DNA of 64,000 nt, from NCBI GenBank assembly GCA_051294375.1, contig CM119268.1, forward strand, positions 2,005,486 through 2,069,485, given 5' to 3'. Every line of letters begins with the position of its first letter. Position 1 is the first letter of the stretch. Below, piece by piece: positions 32,101 to 46,251 of the stretch. The position numbers and the translations under genes are program-made. The notes under the pieces are model-generated. The model saw only the letters and a list, made by a program, of their open reading frames with translations. It ran no database searches and had not been told where the DNA came from. Origin of the DNA: Paraspadella gotoi. Lineage: Eukaryota > Animalia > Chaetognatha.

Positions 32101-33500
32101 GGAATTAATCGCGCCGCTTAACAAAAAAAAAACGTAGGAATTCAAAACTTTCTTTTGTTGTTGTTTAAATAAATCTGGAGGGGCCTCAAAATTGACCTCG
32201 ATCGCAACTCGAGCCATCTAGTGGCTAATCCTCACAAACCCCCCTCCAAAAAAAAGTAGTTCAATCGTTTCGTAGTTAACCCAGTTGGAGTGGGGGGGGG
32301 GGGTGTACTCTGCCCGGAAGAGAAAGGACAGAAAACGAAATTCTTCGAATTCGTTGGGATTTTTTCGAGAGTCGAGAGAAGAACCTCGAGGCGGCCAAAA
32401 CTTTTTTCTTTCCCCCTCGCTTTCTCCGCCAGCGTCTCTCCCCCTCTTTCTCCCCCCCCCCGCGATCCCCGGTTCGAGGAAACGAATTCGTAATCGACAG
32501 AAAAAAAAAAAAAAAAAACCCAAAACAAGCGAGGATTTAAAGAAATCGGTTTTGAATTACCCCGTTTCTAGTATGAACACCAGCGCTCTTGTTGGATTTC
32601 GAAATTTGAAAAAAAATTTGGGGCGAGACACCGACTTATTTTCTTTTAATTTGGAATAATATTCTTGCACTAGTTGGTGAAGTTCGTCATCGTCTTCCGT
32701 CTTTTGAGTCGCTTCTTCGCGTTCAATTTTCTGTTGTCTCACAAATACCAGCCTTGGCCAATGGCCATTTGCAATTGTTGCCATCAACTAATTACTGTCA
32801 AAGGAGTTTTATCGAAGACGTCTAAATACAGATTACGGTTACCAGCAGCTTGTACCAAGACAAAGATTATAGGTGAAGCCTAAAAATCTCAAGAAGCTAA
32901 AAAAAACCTTTTCTAGAGCCAAGACCGGAAGATGATTCTATTAGGCCTAATATCCGTTATCTTACGGCCTTGTCAAAAGCTAAAAGCTAAGCACCAAGAG
33001 ATAATAAATGCATTAGACGTAAACACAACCAGCTTCCTTTCTATTTTTTTTCCCTTCGCGCCTGTTTTTTTTTTTTTTTTTAAATTCAAAATCAAACTTT
33101 GACCCCCCCCTCCGTTTTTAAGGTTCGAACTGAAGATTTTTAATCGAGTCAATTCCCATCAAATAAATCAAACGAAAAAGATAACGCGGAGAAAAAGAAG
33201 AACTATAAAAAATTTAGTTATTTGTCGAAATATATTAAAAATCTACTTTTTGTTTATTACTGGGCTGGACGAGCACGAATAGTTTTAAACGAAATTCATC
33301 GTAAAAAAAAAATGAGAAAAATTTTTTGAAAAATATTTGATTCAAATTTGAGAAAGAGACGAACGCTGAGGAGAGACGAGGATAACGATTTTTTTTAGGA
33401 GAGTGAGAGAAGTTGGGATGTTCGAGGGCGAAAAACTCTCCAACACAAAAGCAAAGATCAAAAGAATGTCATGGAAAAGACATGCATGAAAAGTAAAGAG
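29115..33500 (-). repeat. Direct tandem copy of 24692-29112 (dystrophin 5' exons) with scattered 1-bp indels; probable assembly artefact
   Basis: Near-identical to the preceding 4.4 kb, with an abrupt junction at ~29113 and frameshifting indels in the CH1 exons. Confidence 0.85.
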
Positions 33501-33542
33501 AGCCAGTTCGTGTGAATATGTGTGGCTGGGTGTGTGAGTCTG

Positions 33543-33548
<6 letters not shown>

Positions 33549-33606
<58 letters not shown>
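33549..33606. repeat. (GA)n microsatellite; copies at ~33782-33857 and, inverted, at ~35734-35806
   Basis: Directly visible dinucleotide run. Confidence 0.95.
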
Positions 33607-33609
<3 letters not shown>

Positions 33610-33698
33610 CAGATTTTTGAAAAGGTTATGAATTTAAAGAATATAAAAATTAAGGAAGATGTTATTCTTTAAAAAAAATACTCAATTGTTAGAAAGTG

Positions 33699-33723
33699 NN
33701 NNNNNNNNNNNNNNNNNNNNNNN
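33699..33723. other. Assembly gap; 33724-33950 repeats 33490-33698 in noisier form
   Basis: Run of N with overlapping duplicated flanks. Confidence 0.9.
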
Positions 33724-33781
33724 AAGTAAGAGAGCCGTTCGTGTGAATATGTGTGGGCCTTGGTGTGTGAGTCTGTATTAT

Positions 33782-33860
<79 letters not shown>

Positions 33861-34831
33861 AGATTTTTTTGAAAAGGTTATGAATTTAAAGAATATAAAA
33901 ATTAAGGAAGATGTTATTCTTTTTAAAAAAAACTCAATTTTAGAAAGAGGAAAAAAAGTTTCAAAGCCAGTAAAACATTAAATAACCTATGTGTATTGTG
34001 TATAATAAAAAAGTAATTTTTTTTAACTTACCTTTAAACCTTTGGTGAAGCGTTTTGAAGTTTTTTATCAGATGCGGCGTAACAATCTACAAGTTTAATT
34101 AGTCTTGTTTTTTGGTACTTGCAATTAGTTAACAGTCAAATCAAAACCACATATAGCAGAAAAGCTTTCATTCTACTATCTGCAAACCCTGAAAAAAAAA
34201 TGAGCATAGAATAATTCAAAGGAATAACGAATTCAGTTTTCAGGGGCAACTCGTCAAATAAAATTACTTTCGTACTCGTTAATCTTGAATCTTCCCGTAA
34301 ACCTTTCCAATTCAACGCACAATTTCTAAAAGTCATTGGTCGAAAGCTACACAAAAGGACAACATTAAAATTAATAATTTATAAAGGGACGAGGATTTTT
34401 TGGTAAGTGTTGACTAGATAGCACAATTTGTAACTCACTTAGATATAACTTTACGAATGAAAACTGAAAAGCGATTAACAGTGTCGGACCTATAGGTAAT
34501 ATAGATTTTTATATGTCAATTATTACTCGTTTACGGCCAATTTAAAAAATTGTCCCTTCTTGAAATGCAAATTAGTTTATTGCCTCGCATTCAATGCACC
34601 AAAAGTCACGATTCGTTTAATCACTGATCCGAAATCCATCGATTTACAGGAGAGGGCGCATTAAACTGTCAATACTTGTTAAAAATTGGAAATCGTCTCC
34701 CGACTGTTGTTGTTGTTGTTGTGGTGTACGACGGTTGAAAAGTAGAGATCGAAAGCGGGGTCGAAGGCGGGCGAACGACGACGACGAATCCGTGCGCATT
34801 CGTTCGTCGCTCTCTCTCCCCTTCCCCATCT

Positions 34832-35732
34832 CTTTCGATCTCTACTTTTCACCGTCGAACCACAACAACAACAACAACAGTCGGGAGACAGATTTCCAAA
34901 TTTTTAACAAGTATTGACAGTTAATGCCGCCCTCTCCTGTAAATCGATGGATTTCGGATCAGTGATTAAACGAAATCGTGACTTTGGTGCATTGAATGCG
35001 GAGGCAATAAACTAATTTGCATTTCAAAAGGGACAATTTTTTAGGATGGCCGTAAACGAGTAATAATTGACATATAAAAATCTATATTACCTATAGTCCG
35101 ACACTCTTAATCGCTTTTCAGTTTTCATTCGTAAAGTTTAATAATCTAAGTGAGTTACAAATGGTGCTATCTAGTAACACTTACCAAAAAATCCTCGTCC
35201 CTTTATAAATTTATTAATTTTAATGTTGTCCTTTTGTGGTAGCTTTCGACCAATGACTTTTAGAAATTGTGCGTTGAATTGAAAGGTTTTTACGGGAAGA
35301 TTCAAGATTAACGAGTACGAAAGTAATTTTTTGACGAGTTGCCCCTTAAAACCTGACATTCGTTATTCCTTTGAATATTCTATGCTCATTTTTTTTCAGG
35401 GTTTGCAGATAGTAGAATGAAAGCTTTTCTGCTAATATGTGGTTTTGATTTGACTGTTAACTAATTGCAAGTACCAAAAAACAAGACTAATTAAACCTTG
35501 TGAGATTGTCTACGCCGCATCTGATAAAAACTTCAAAACGCTTCACCAAAGTTTTAAAGGTAAGTTAAAAAAAATTACTTTTTTATTATTACACAATACA
35601 CATAGGTTATTTTAATGTTTTTACGGCTTGAAAACTTTTTTTTTCACTTTCTAACAATTGAGTATTTTTTTTAAAGAATAACATCTTCCTTAATTTTTAT
35701 ATTCTTTAAATTCATAACCTTTTCAAAAATCT

Positions 35733-35806
<74 letters not shown>

Positions 35807-38800
35807 ATATATACAGACTCACACACCCAGCCACACATATTCACACGAACTGGCTCTCTTTACTTTTCATGCATGTCTTTTCCATGACATTCTTTTGGAT
35901 CTTTGCTTTTGTGTTGGAGAGTTTTTCGCCCTCGAACATCCCAACTTCTCTCACTCTCCTAAAAAAAACGTTATCCTCGTCTCTCCTCAGCGTTCGTCTC
36001 TTTCTCAAATTTGAATCAAATATTTTTCAAAAAATTTTTCTCATTTTTTTTTTACGATGAATTTCGTTTAAAACTATTCGTGCTCGTCCAGCCCAGTAAT
36101 AAACAAAAAGTAGATTTTTAATATATTTCGACAAATAACTAAATTTTTTATAGTTCTTCTTTTTCTCCGCGTTATCTTTTTCGTTTGATTTATTTTGATG
36201 GGAATTGACTCGATTAAAAATCTTCAGTTCGAACCTTAAAAACGGAGGGGGGGGTCAAAGTTTGATTTTGAATTTAAAAAAAAAAAAAAACAGGCGGAAG
36301 GGAAAAAAAATAGAAAGGAAGCTGGTTGTGTTTACGTCTAATGCATTTATTATCTCTTGGTGCTTAGCTTTTAGCTTTTGACAAGGCCGTAAGATAACGG
36401 ATATTAGGCCTAATAGAATCATCTTCCGGTCTTGGCTCTAGAAAAGTTTTTTTTTAGTTTCTTGAGATTTTTAGGCTTCACCTATAATCTTTGTCTTGGT
36501 ACAAGCTGCTGGTAACCGTAATCTGTATTTAGACGTCTTCGATAAAACTCCTTTGACAGTAATTAGTTGATGGCAACAATTGCAAATGGCCATTGGCCAA
36601 GGCTGGTATTTGTGAGACAACAGAAAATTGAACGCGAAGAAGCGACTCAAAAGACGGAAGACGATGACGAACTTCACCAACTAGTGCAGTAATATTATTT
36701 CCAAATTAAAAGAAAATAAGTTCGGTGTCTCGCCCCAAAATTTTTTTCAAATTTCGAAATCCAACAAGAGCGCTGGTGTTCATACTAGAAACGGGGTAAT
36801 TCAAAACCGATTTCTTTAAATCCTCGCGTTTGTTTTTTGTGGTTTTTTTTTTTTTTTTTTTTTTCTGTCGATTACGAATTCGTTTCCTCGAACCGGGGAT
36901 CGCGGGGGGGGGGAGAAAGAGGGGGGAGAGACGCTGGCGGGAGAAGCGAGGGGGAAAGAAAAAAGTTTTGGCCGCCTCGAGGTTCTTCTCTCGACTCTCG
37001 AAAAAATCCCAACGAATTCGAAGAATTTCGTTTTCTGTCCTTTCTCTTCCGGGCAGAGTACACCCCCCCCCCACTCCAACTGGGTTAACTACGAAACTGA
37101 TTGAACTACTTTTTTTTTGGAGGGGGGTTTGTGAGGATTAGCCACTAGATGGCTCGAGTTGCGATCGAGGTCAATTTTGAGGCCCTCCCAGATTATTTAA
37201 ACAACAACAAAAGAAAGTTTTGAATTCCTACGTTTTTTTTTTTTGTTAAGCGGCGCGATTAATTCCGTCGCGCGTTTATAAACAAAAACTGGGAACCCTT
37301 GATCGTTAATGTTTACGGCCGACGACGAATAAATCTTCTCCTTTCGATGCCAACGAAAAAAGCGAAAGAGGTTAATTTCTCGGGGTCAGAAAATCTCTTC
37401 ATCGCTTCGATACGATGCGAATCACAACCCCAAAAAAAAATTTAGGGGGGAGAGAGAAAGAGAGAGAGATAAAAAGTTATCGCTCTCCATCTTTTATTGC
37501 TGCGTGATTTATTTCGTTATCATTTTTTATACACTTAATTTCTCTTTTTTTTTTCCTTAATGCGTACTAATACTAATACTCCGTTTATGCCCTCTCCTCT
37601 CTTCCCGTTGCTCACTCCCGTCCAGTTTCGAAGAGTTGGAGGAGAAGAGTATTTTTCGTCCTCTTCGATTCTCTGCCGCGTTCAACCAGGAGTGGGTCTG
37701 ACATCCAGCTCTCAGGGCGATCCGATCATTCTCGAGTCAGATCATAAAGCGCTCAGCCCCTTCACCTCGGTCTTCCCTTACCCGCCGACCGCCGCACTTA
37801 CCGCCGCTACCTCGTCCCTTCGTCCCTTCGTCCCTTCGTCCCTTCGTCCCTTCGCTCGTCGCGCCCGTGAATCGCAACGTCGTAAATATTTCCTCGTTTT
37901 TACAAAGTAATTTTTTTGTTGGTTTTTTTTTTCTTTTTCAAACCAAAATACCTGCGAACTTTATTTCGAAATGTATGTACGATCCGTGCTCGAACTACTC
38001 CCGCTTTCTAGTTCTTTTCCGCTATAAAAACAATTTGATTAGTAACATATTTCTCTCTCTCTCTCTCTCTCTCCTTGCGTGTGTGCGTGCGCGGTTTAAT
38101 CAGCACCAACTTTATCGCGTATTTCAAAAAAGATATTGAATGAAATTATATGCCGATTGAAGTATTTTTATTATTACTCGTTATTACTTCAAAAATTCAT
38201 TTCGTTATTGATCCAATTTTTTTACTAAATAGAAGATTTTGACTTGACCGAAAAACATTTCCTCCTTTTTTTGAAATCTAATTGGTATAAAATATACCCT
38301 ATTCCGCATAATGCTTTTGTTAGTCTGTAAAGTAAACTTCGATCGACTTAAAAATTTATTTTTCACACGTAGCTCCTCGACCCTTAACGCATCGAATAAC
38401 AACGCCGAAGCGAATAACAAAAAAATTCACATCGATATCTGCTCTTTTTTTTTCAGGTCGAATTCGCAGCCATGGTGAGGCTCCCTGCTTGCTTTGTAAC
38501 CCAACAACGAAATCTTCCTTTTCACTGAGTAAGTTTTTCGTCGAAAGTCGTAATCGTCGTCGTCGCCGCCGAAGTTAAGGGCCGAAATTGAGTTTTGTCT
38601 TATCAATCTGAGCCATCGAAAGTAACCGATTATCCGAAGGAATCTCGAGAGATGTTCTCTCTCTCTCTCGGAGTCTCTCTCACTCTTGAGAAGCATCTGT
38701 TGTCAGTCCAGTGGTCGGTTCATTCGTTAAGAGCCTGTCAAAATTCATTATCGTAAAATCTCGGTTTGGTGACCATCTGCGTAAAGACCTCTAATGTCGA

Positions 38801-41800
38801 TTGGCCACCATTAAATTGCAGGGTGTTAATGTCTCAGATTAAGTTAACTCAACTTCTTTTTTAACAAAATATTTAAATTTTGTTAAGTTTATTTTTAACC
38901 TCCTCTTTTCTTTAGAATTCGCCTTCTGATATTCTTCTTCCTCAATGGCGGCGCCAGTTTATTCCGAAAGTGCCTTGTCCTCTAAGGACACAGAGGACAA
39001 AGAAAAACATGAAGGTTCACACATTCAGGTCGGTCTTCAAGAGCTTCAATTTAATACGTAATCATTTATTGAAAAATGAGTTGTGGTTTTTCCAGGTTAT
39101 TGATCCGTCGCAGGTGAGAGAAACGTGTTGGTTTTTTTAAAATTCAAGCTCCCATTAAGCACGTTTCGTTGCTAGTTGTTGGTTTTGGTTTTTTTTACCA
39201 GATAGGTTTTGAATGTATTTGTGGAGTCGATAAAATTATATGCCTCCTGCATGGTATTTATACCCACATACCCAGTAACCTCATTCTTGTTCCTTTAACT
39301 TTATAAAAGTCTTTAACCTAAACTAAATCTGGATATCATGTACCTAAATCAATGTTTCCAAACTTTGCAGGACTTAATCAGGGAGAAAACCTTCGAACGC
39401 GAGGATGTGCAGAAAAAAACTTTCACCAAATGGGTCAATATCAACTCACTAGTGGAGGGAGCGTGGGTATGTGTGAAGAAGAAGGAATCTGTTTAAAACT
39501 CGGGAAATGCGGAAGTGGAAGAGGATTTGGAAAATTTTTCTTTCCATTAGGTATGTGGTTTACGATCTCTTTATGGACCTGAGGAGTGGGGAAACGTTGC
39601 TAAAGTTGTTGGAAATAGTCAGTGGAGCTCAGTTAAACCAGAGAAAGGAAAAATGCGTGTACATCATTGAACAATATTAACAAAGTTATTGGAGTTTTGG
39701 AAAGCAAAGGTAATTATGAGAAAAAGCGTTATATCAATAAAAACTCTTTTACTTGTATTCTTTTGTACTTCTTTCATTAACTGTACGTCATAAAACTTTT
39801 TTTCAATTGACATTTCAAAAAAATTTTTAAAGGTGTGAAATTCATTATATATCTTCCAACGATATTGTGGACGGAAATTCAAAATTAACCCTTGGACTTG
39901 TTTGGCTATGATTTTACACTATCAAGTAAAGTAAGTAAAGTTTCAATTACTCCAGCTTTGATTTGAAATATCAAAATATAGATCATAGTATGGGCGATAA
40001 GCGAAAAATTTTTTAAATTTTTCTTTGTTCTATCAAAATCGTATTTTCTGTATTTATTTCACGTATAATTAAAAACTAATTTTCGTTTATTAAAACGTTT
40101 AATGAATAAGATTTACCAGGACTTTTTTTTTTCTTATTAGGGGATTTGAAAGACGTCATGTCCAATTTACATCAAACGAGTATGAAAGGACTTTGCTTCC
40201 TGGTGTCATCAATGTACGATGGAATACCCAGGTATAATCTAAAATATAAATCTAAATATAAATCTAACCCATCAATTGTATTTACCTTGTTCGCAGGAGT
40301 TAACGTTCGTAACTTGACGTCTTCCTGGACTTCGGGTTTGGCCTTTCAACGCACCTTATTCACAAATTCAAACCTTCCTTGTTCTCATTCGACGACGTTC
40401 GACTGGGGATGACGAAGGAACAGGTCAGGCGAGATAGTGAAAATCCCAATCATCAATCGGTTTTTTTTGGGGGGGGTTTGTTTTGTCGCCTTGTTTTTTT
40501 TTTGGTTTTTTGTTGTTTTTTTTGTTTTGAGAAAAATTGTCTCTCTTCTTCACTTCAGCAGGCTCGAGCACGCCTTCATTCTCGCCGAGACGAGTTTGGT
40601 ATCGAGCGTCTGCTCGACGTCGAGGACGTGCGGCGGGACAATCCGACAAGAAGTCGATCATGATGTACCTCATGTACTTTTTTTCAGTCAGTTCTATATT
40701 CTTATATTAAAAGTAGACTATAGTTAATACTCATGTACTCAACGTGTGCAAAAACGAAATCATTCCTAATTTTATGTACACGGTAGTAGAACATTTGATC
40801 CGACAAAGTTTTAATTAGATAACCAGTCTGGGTGTCATCTGTTCGTTTTTCCAAGCTCTTTTTAACTAAAATTTTTTAGTTAAAATTTTTAGTAAAAAAG
40901 TTTCATTTAAAAAAAAACTTTTTCGCCCGAGCTAGGGTGTTGAAGAGTCAAAATATGGAATTCACCATTTTTTAAGTATTTTTTCCCTTTTTCCAGTTAA
41001 TTTTTTAATATAATAATCTTTAATCAAGTTAATTACTTCTGATAATGATTTTAATTTATCCTATTAACTGTTTTTAAAACCATTCATTAAAAAATATTAG
41101 TTTTTAGCTTAAGCAAGGGGTTGAAGAGCTAAAATGTTTAAATATTTTTTTTTTTAATATTTATAAATTTTAATTTATTTTTTTAAAAGATAACTTATTT
41201 TAATAATGGTAATGAAAATATTTGATATCTTTAAATGCTTTTAGGCGACTTACCACAGCTTTAGTTAACAAAAACTCTTATGATCCAAAGCAATTAATTT
41301 TAACTTTTAATCACAAAATATAATTGTTATAAGATAAATTATTTAAATAATATTCGAATATTATAAAAAAATGTTTTACTTTATATATATAAAATTTATT
41401 TAAAAAATAATTTTAAAAAATGATATCTTTTTTGTACGGATTTGTACGGATAAGAGAAATAGTTTTGGTTTAACCTCTATTCACAAATATTTTGTTATTA
41501 AATAAATAATTTTTCTTTAATATACAATAATTTTTAAAAAAAATAATGTTTTTTACTTTTTCATTAAATAATTGTTTAACAAAGTTTTGTTTTTCTCACT
41601 AAATCTAAAAAACACAAGGAAAAGAAAGTTAAGTTTATAAAAGATTAATTAAAAATAACTACCTCTTATCGTCCGATTCATATATTTAATTAATTTATAA
41701 ATTAATTAGATACTATTTTAATATATAATAATATTATTAAATTGTTAATTAATTTACTTTGATTAGCAAATTATTAACAGTTTTGAAATATAAAATTGTG

Positions 41801-44800
41801 TTAACTGTTTATTGATTTTTTAGATTTATAAAAAAAAATATGTTAACAAAAAAAAATTTAATAAATTTGTTAATAATTCTTATTTTATCATTGTTAACAA
41901 ATTCATTAAATTTTCTTGTAATCTCTAAAAAACAACAAAAAAAGAAAGGATCAAACAATGATATGTTAACAAATATTTTTTTATGAAAAAAGTTTTTCTA
42001 AAGTCTAAATTTAAAATTTTAAATTAAAGTATAAATCATTTCTATCCTAGCATCACCAGTAAGTCCCTCCCGTAGCCATAACCTCCGCTTTGCATCCAAG
42101 GCCAAGCATGACCTTGAACCTATCATCGCCCATTAAACTTTTCCCATCTGTAACTTTCCAGTTGGGTATAACTACAACAACTTTGTTGATCATAATGCTC
42201 ACTTTTACTTATTCAACCTGAATTACATTACCTCAAATTGTTAAAAACAACACTAACCCTTACCCTAATTCTTGCTAAAATGGCCATAACTAGAAACATT
42301 AGTTTAGTTAATTAACAAAATTATTATTTTCTATGCGATATCGCATAAAATCTGGATAGTGATATCATTTGAATAATTATATTTTTGGTTGTAACAATTT
42401 CATTATATGATAAAAAATTTATGAAATTGCTTTGTTTTTAAGATGATCTTTAAAAGAAAAACTTTTTAAAAATAGTCATAATAGTTTTTAATGCTTTTAA
42501 TTATAAAAAATTAATTAACTATGTTAATTAACGTTAACAAAACCATTGTAAAAATTTTCAAATATTTTTATATTATCATGATTAAAATATTGTAATCCTT
42601 AAAAAAATAAAAAATATTATTTGAAAATATTAAAAAAAGACAATTTAGAAATTTTTAGCTCTTAACACCCTGGCTTAAGCCTAAACTAATATTTTTTGTG
42701 AATGAATGTTTTTTAAAAATAGTTTAAATATGATAATTTGGAAAGACATTATCATTAGTAATTAACATGATAATGATAATTATATTTAAAAAATACTGAA
42801 AAAAGCTAAAAAATACTCATAAAAGGTGAAATTCGATATTTTGGCTCTTTAACACGGACTCGGCGAAAAAGTTTTTTTTTAAAAAAACTTTTTAGTTAAA
42901 AAGAGCTTGAAAAACGAACAGAATGACACCGGAGACTGGTTGTTTATTTAAAAACATTGTCGGATTCAATGTGTCTACACGGTAGTCACTCTTCAATTAA
43001 TTGCAAGCGCTGCGACTTTTTTTTTTTTTTCTCCGTTACTTGTTAATTATTTAGGCATTGCCTCACGTCGATTTCCCGATTCAGATTTTCAATTGCCAGC
43101 GGGCGACTCACAGTAAGTGAAGGGAGTAAGCTTCCCCCCTCGTGCGTCTCCGTAACTACTTAATCCTTTCCCCTTTAGACACCAGGAAGACGAGTCGTTG
43201 TCGGTCGAGGAGCCCGACGAAAACATTGCTTCGAAGTCGACCGGCGATGCCTCTGAAGCGGAACGCTCCGTCATATCTCAGTCGAAGCGCAAAGTTGAAA
43301 CTCGGGAAGTGATGGTCGTGAAAAGAGGATCGCAGCCTTCGGGACGTAGCGCCGCGAAGGTGAGTCCTTATTGGCTGGCAACATTGTTTTGATGGGATTC
43401 TGTGAGGGTTCATTTTTGGTAAAAAAATCATTCTTGCAGGTGACGCGGAGCAACAGCGCTGCCAACAGCTGCAGCGACGAATCTGATGAAGAGCTTTTCG
43501 TGCTGGAGCTTCGGACGACGAGGAACTCGGAGGCACACTCTCGAAAATATCATCAGAGCTCGAGGCGGTTCCTGCGTGGCTTCTGACGCCGAGGAGCGAT
43601 TCGGGGCGCCGATGCCATAGCCGATAATGTTCTCATGGTCAAAGATCAATTTCATACTCACGAAGACTTTATGATGCAATTGACGGACCATCAGAACCAC
43701 GTTGGGAGCGTTTTACAAGAAGGATCTCAGGTACTTTGGCAGACTTCTTGGAGGTTTGAAGGAAATTTTCTTCATAATAAATTAGATATTTATCTAAATA
43801 GTATCCAATTTTTGATAATGATAACTACTTTTTCAGCTGATCTTTGTTGGAAAATTAGCGAGGAGGAAAGAAAATGAAATACGAATTCAAATGTCCCTTT
43901 TGAATTCGCGTTGGGAAGACCTAAGGTAAAAGCTATGGAACGTCAAAGCCAAACTACACGAACGTTAATGGATCTTCAGCAAGCTCAGTTGGATGAGTTG
44001 GAAAAGTGGTTTGGAAGCCATTGAGAGTAGAATTAAGTTGCTGGGTCCCATCGCCAATTCTCTGGATGTTCTCCAGAAGAGATGGAGTGGTTTGAAAGTT
44101 TTGCAAAATGATATAATGGAACAACAAAGAAAGGTGGATTCTCTACAAACTTGTGGTTGTTGTCGATTGAATCTAACTCGGAAGGGCGTGCGCGGCCCTA
44201 GAAAAAAAACTCGAGATGCTTGGTGGACGTTGGGCAAGGTTTGTCATGGGCGGAGATCGGTGGCTAGAATTGCAGCAAATAATTGTTAAATTGGCAACAG
44301 TTTGAAGTTGACGAAAAGGATTTTTCTGGGTGGTTGGAGAATAAACAAATTATTCTAAAGGCTATGAACGAATGAGGATATAGAGGAGTTTCTGTTGTTA
44401 TGAACAAGTAAAGAAACTTCAAATGTTGAAAAAAAATGGAGTTTGCAACACAAGGCTTTCAATGATTTGACTGCTCTTGCACAAGGAAGTAGTATCTAAC
44501 ATGGATGCAGAATCTAAATCAATTGAGGTTAACTACAAGCTGAATTAGAAGATTTTAACCGAAGCGTGGATAACTTAGTTCATCAAATGGGAACATCAAA
44601 GTCACAAGATAACCAAAACGGGTATAGATGTATCTCTTTTGGCAAGAACCTGCGGTTGTTGCGACAGAGTCAAGAATCTTTTAAAGATAAAGGCAGTCTC
44701 AAAAGTGATGTTGTGGAGAGCACTTTAGTGAATTTGAGGCTTTCTAAGATGCATTTAATGAGTGGTATGAAAAACTGAATCCACGCTTATGCTCTTATCC

Positions 44801-45400
44801 CTGATAAACGCCAAGAATAGAATTCTTACTGTGAGGAGCAAATTTGTTTCTTTTAAACGAAATTTCCTCTGATTTCAAGCAAAAGGCAAAACTATTAGGA
44901 AATATTGTATTTCTGGAGAAAAAATGTTTGAAAAATGAAATAAATGTTGAAAATGGTAAAAGAAATTCTCGTGACATAATTTACAAGATGGGAAGGTGTG
45001 TCAACTTCAATTTCTGAACATCGTCAAAATTTAGAAGCAGCAGTGGCGACAAAAAAGATAAATGAGAATTAAGAGCACTGGCAAGATGTCCTTTCAACAA
45101 AATAAGTAAGTGGCTAGACACAAATTGAAGAGTCGGCAACGATTCAAACAAAGTAAGTCAACAATTAGAACAATTGCAAAAATAAAGTTGAATCATGTTC
45201 GATCATATGATTGAACGAGTGAATTCTTTAATTGCTCTTCTGCTAGTATTAACGAAAGTGAGGCCGATTTTAAAAATATTCACGACATGATGTGCTCAAT
45301 TTTAAAATGAAAATGACTCTATTATTGAAAAAATCAATAATCACATGCATCTATTGGCAAAAATAGCAGCTGAGCAAACTCCTCCGAAAAAGTTTTTAGA
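34832..45400 (+). repeat. ~10.6-kb inverted (fold-back) copy of the dystrophin 5' half, including a copy of the hAT element (~40786-42978); frameshift-ridden, probable chimeric-read artefact
   Basis: Reverse complement of the locus from the 34755-equivalent position back to ~19410 (ends at PPKKFLD). Indel density rises toward 45400, and ORF fragments such as 43993..44289 and 44566..44778 are broken dystrophin. Confidence 0.85.
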
Positions 45401-46251
45401 TGGCAAAAAAAAGTTTTCAAGCCGTAAAAACATTAAAATAACCTATGTGTATTGTGTAATAATAAAAAAGTAATTTTTTTTAACTTACCTTTAAAACTTT
45501 GGTGAAGCGTTTTGAAGTTTTTATCAGATGCGGCGTAGACAATCTCACAAGGTTTAATTAGTCTTGTTTTTTGGTACTTGCAATTAGTTAACAGTCAAAT
45601 CAAAACCACATATTAGCAGAAAAGCTTTCATTCTACTATCTGCAAACCCTGAAAAAAAAAGAGAGCATAGAATATTCAAAGGAATAACGAATGTCAGGTT
45701 TTTAAGGGGCAACTCGTCAAAAAATTACTTTCGTACTCGTTAATCTTGAATCTTCCCGTAAAAACCTTTCAATTCAACGCACAATTTCTAAAAGTCATTG
45801 GTCGAAAGCTACCAACAAAAGGACAACATTAAAATTAATAAATTTATAAAGGGACGAGGATTTTTTGGTAAGTGTTGACTAGATAGCACAATTTGTAACT
45901 CACTTAGATTATTAAACTTTACGAATGAAAACTGAAAAGCGATTAAGAGTGTCGGACTATAGGTAATATAGATTTTTATATGTCAATTATTACTCGTTTA
46001 CGGCCATCCTAAAAAATTGTCCCTTTTGAAATGCAAATTAGTTTATTGCCTCCGCATTCAATGCACCAAAGTCACGATTTCGTTTAATCACTGATCCGAA
46101 ATCCATCGATTTACAGGAGAGGGCGGCATTAACTGTCAATACTTGTTAAAAATTTGGAAATCTGTCTCCCGACTGTTGTTGTTGTTGTTGTGGTGTCGAC
46201 GGTGAAAAGTAGAGATCGAAAGAGATGGAAGGAAGGATTTTGGCTAGAAGT

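Noticed and set aside
39352-45400. Second dystrophin gene or pseudogene on the plus strand
   Set aside because: It is nearly identical to the minus-strand gene apart from read-type indels and forms part of the fold-back arm, so an artefact is the better explanation.
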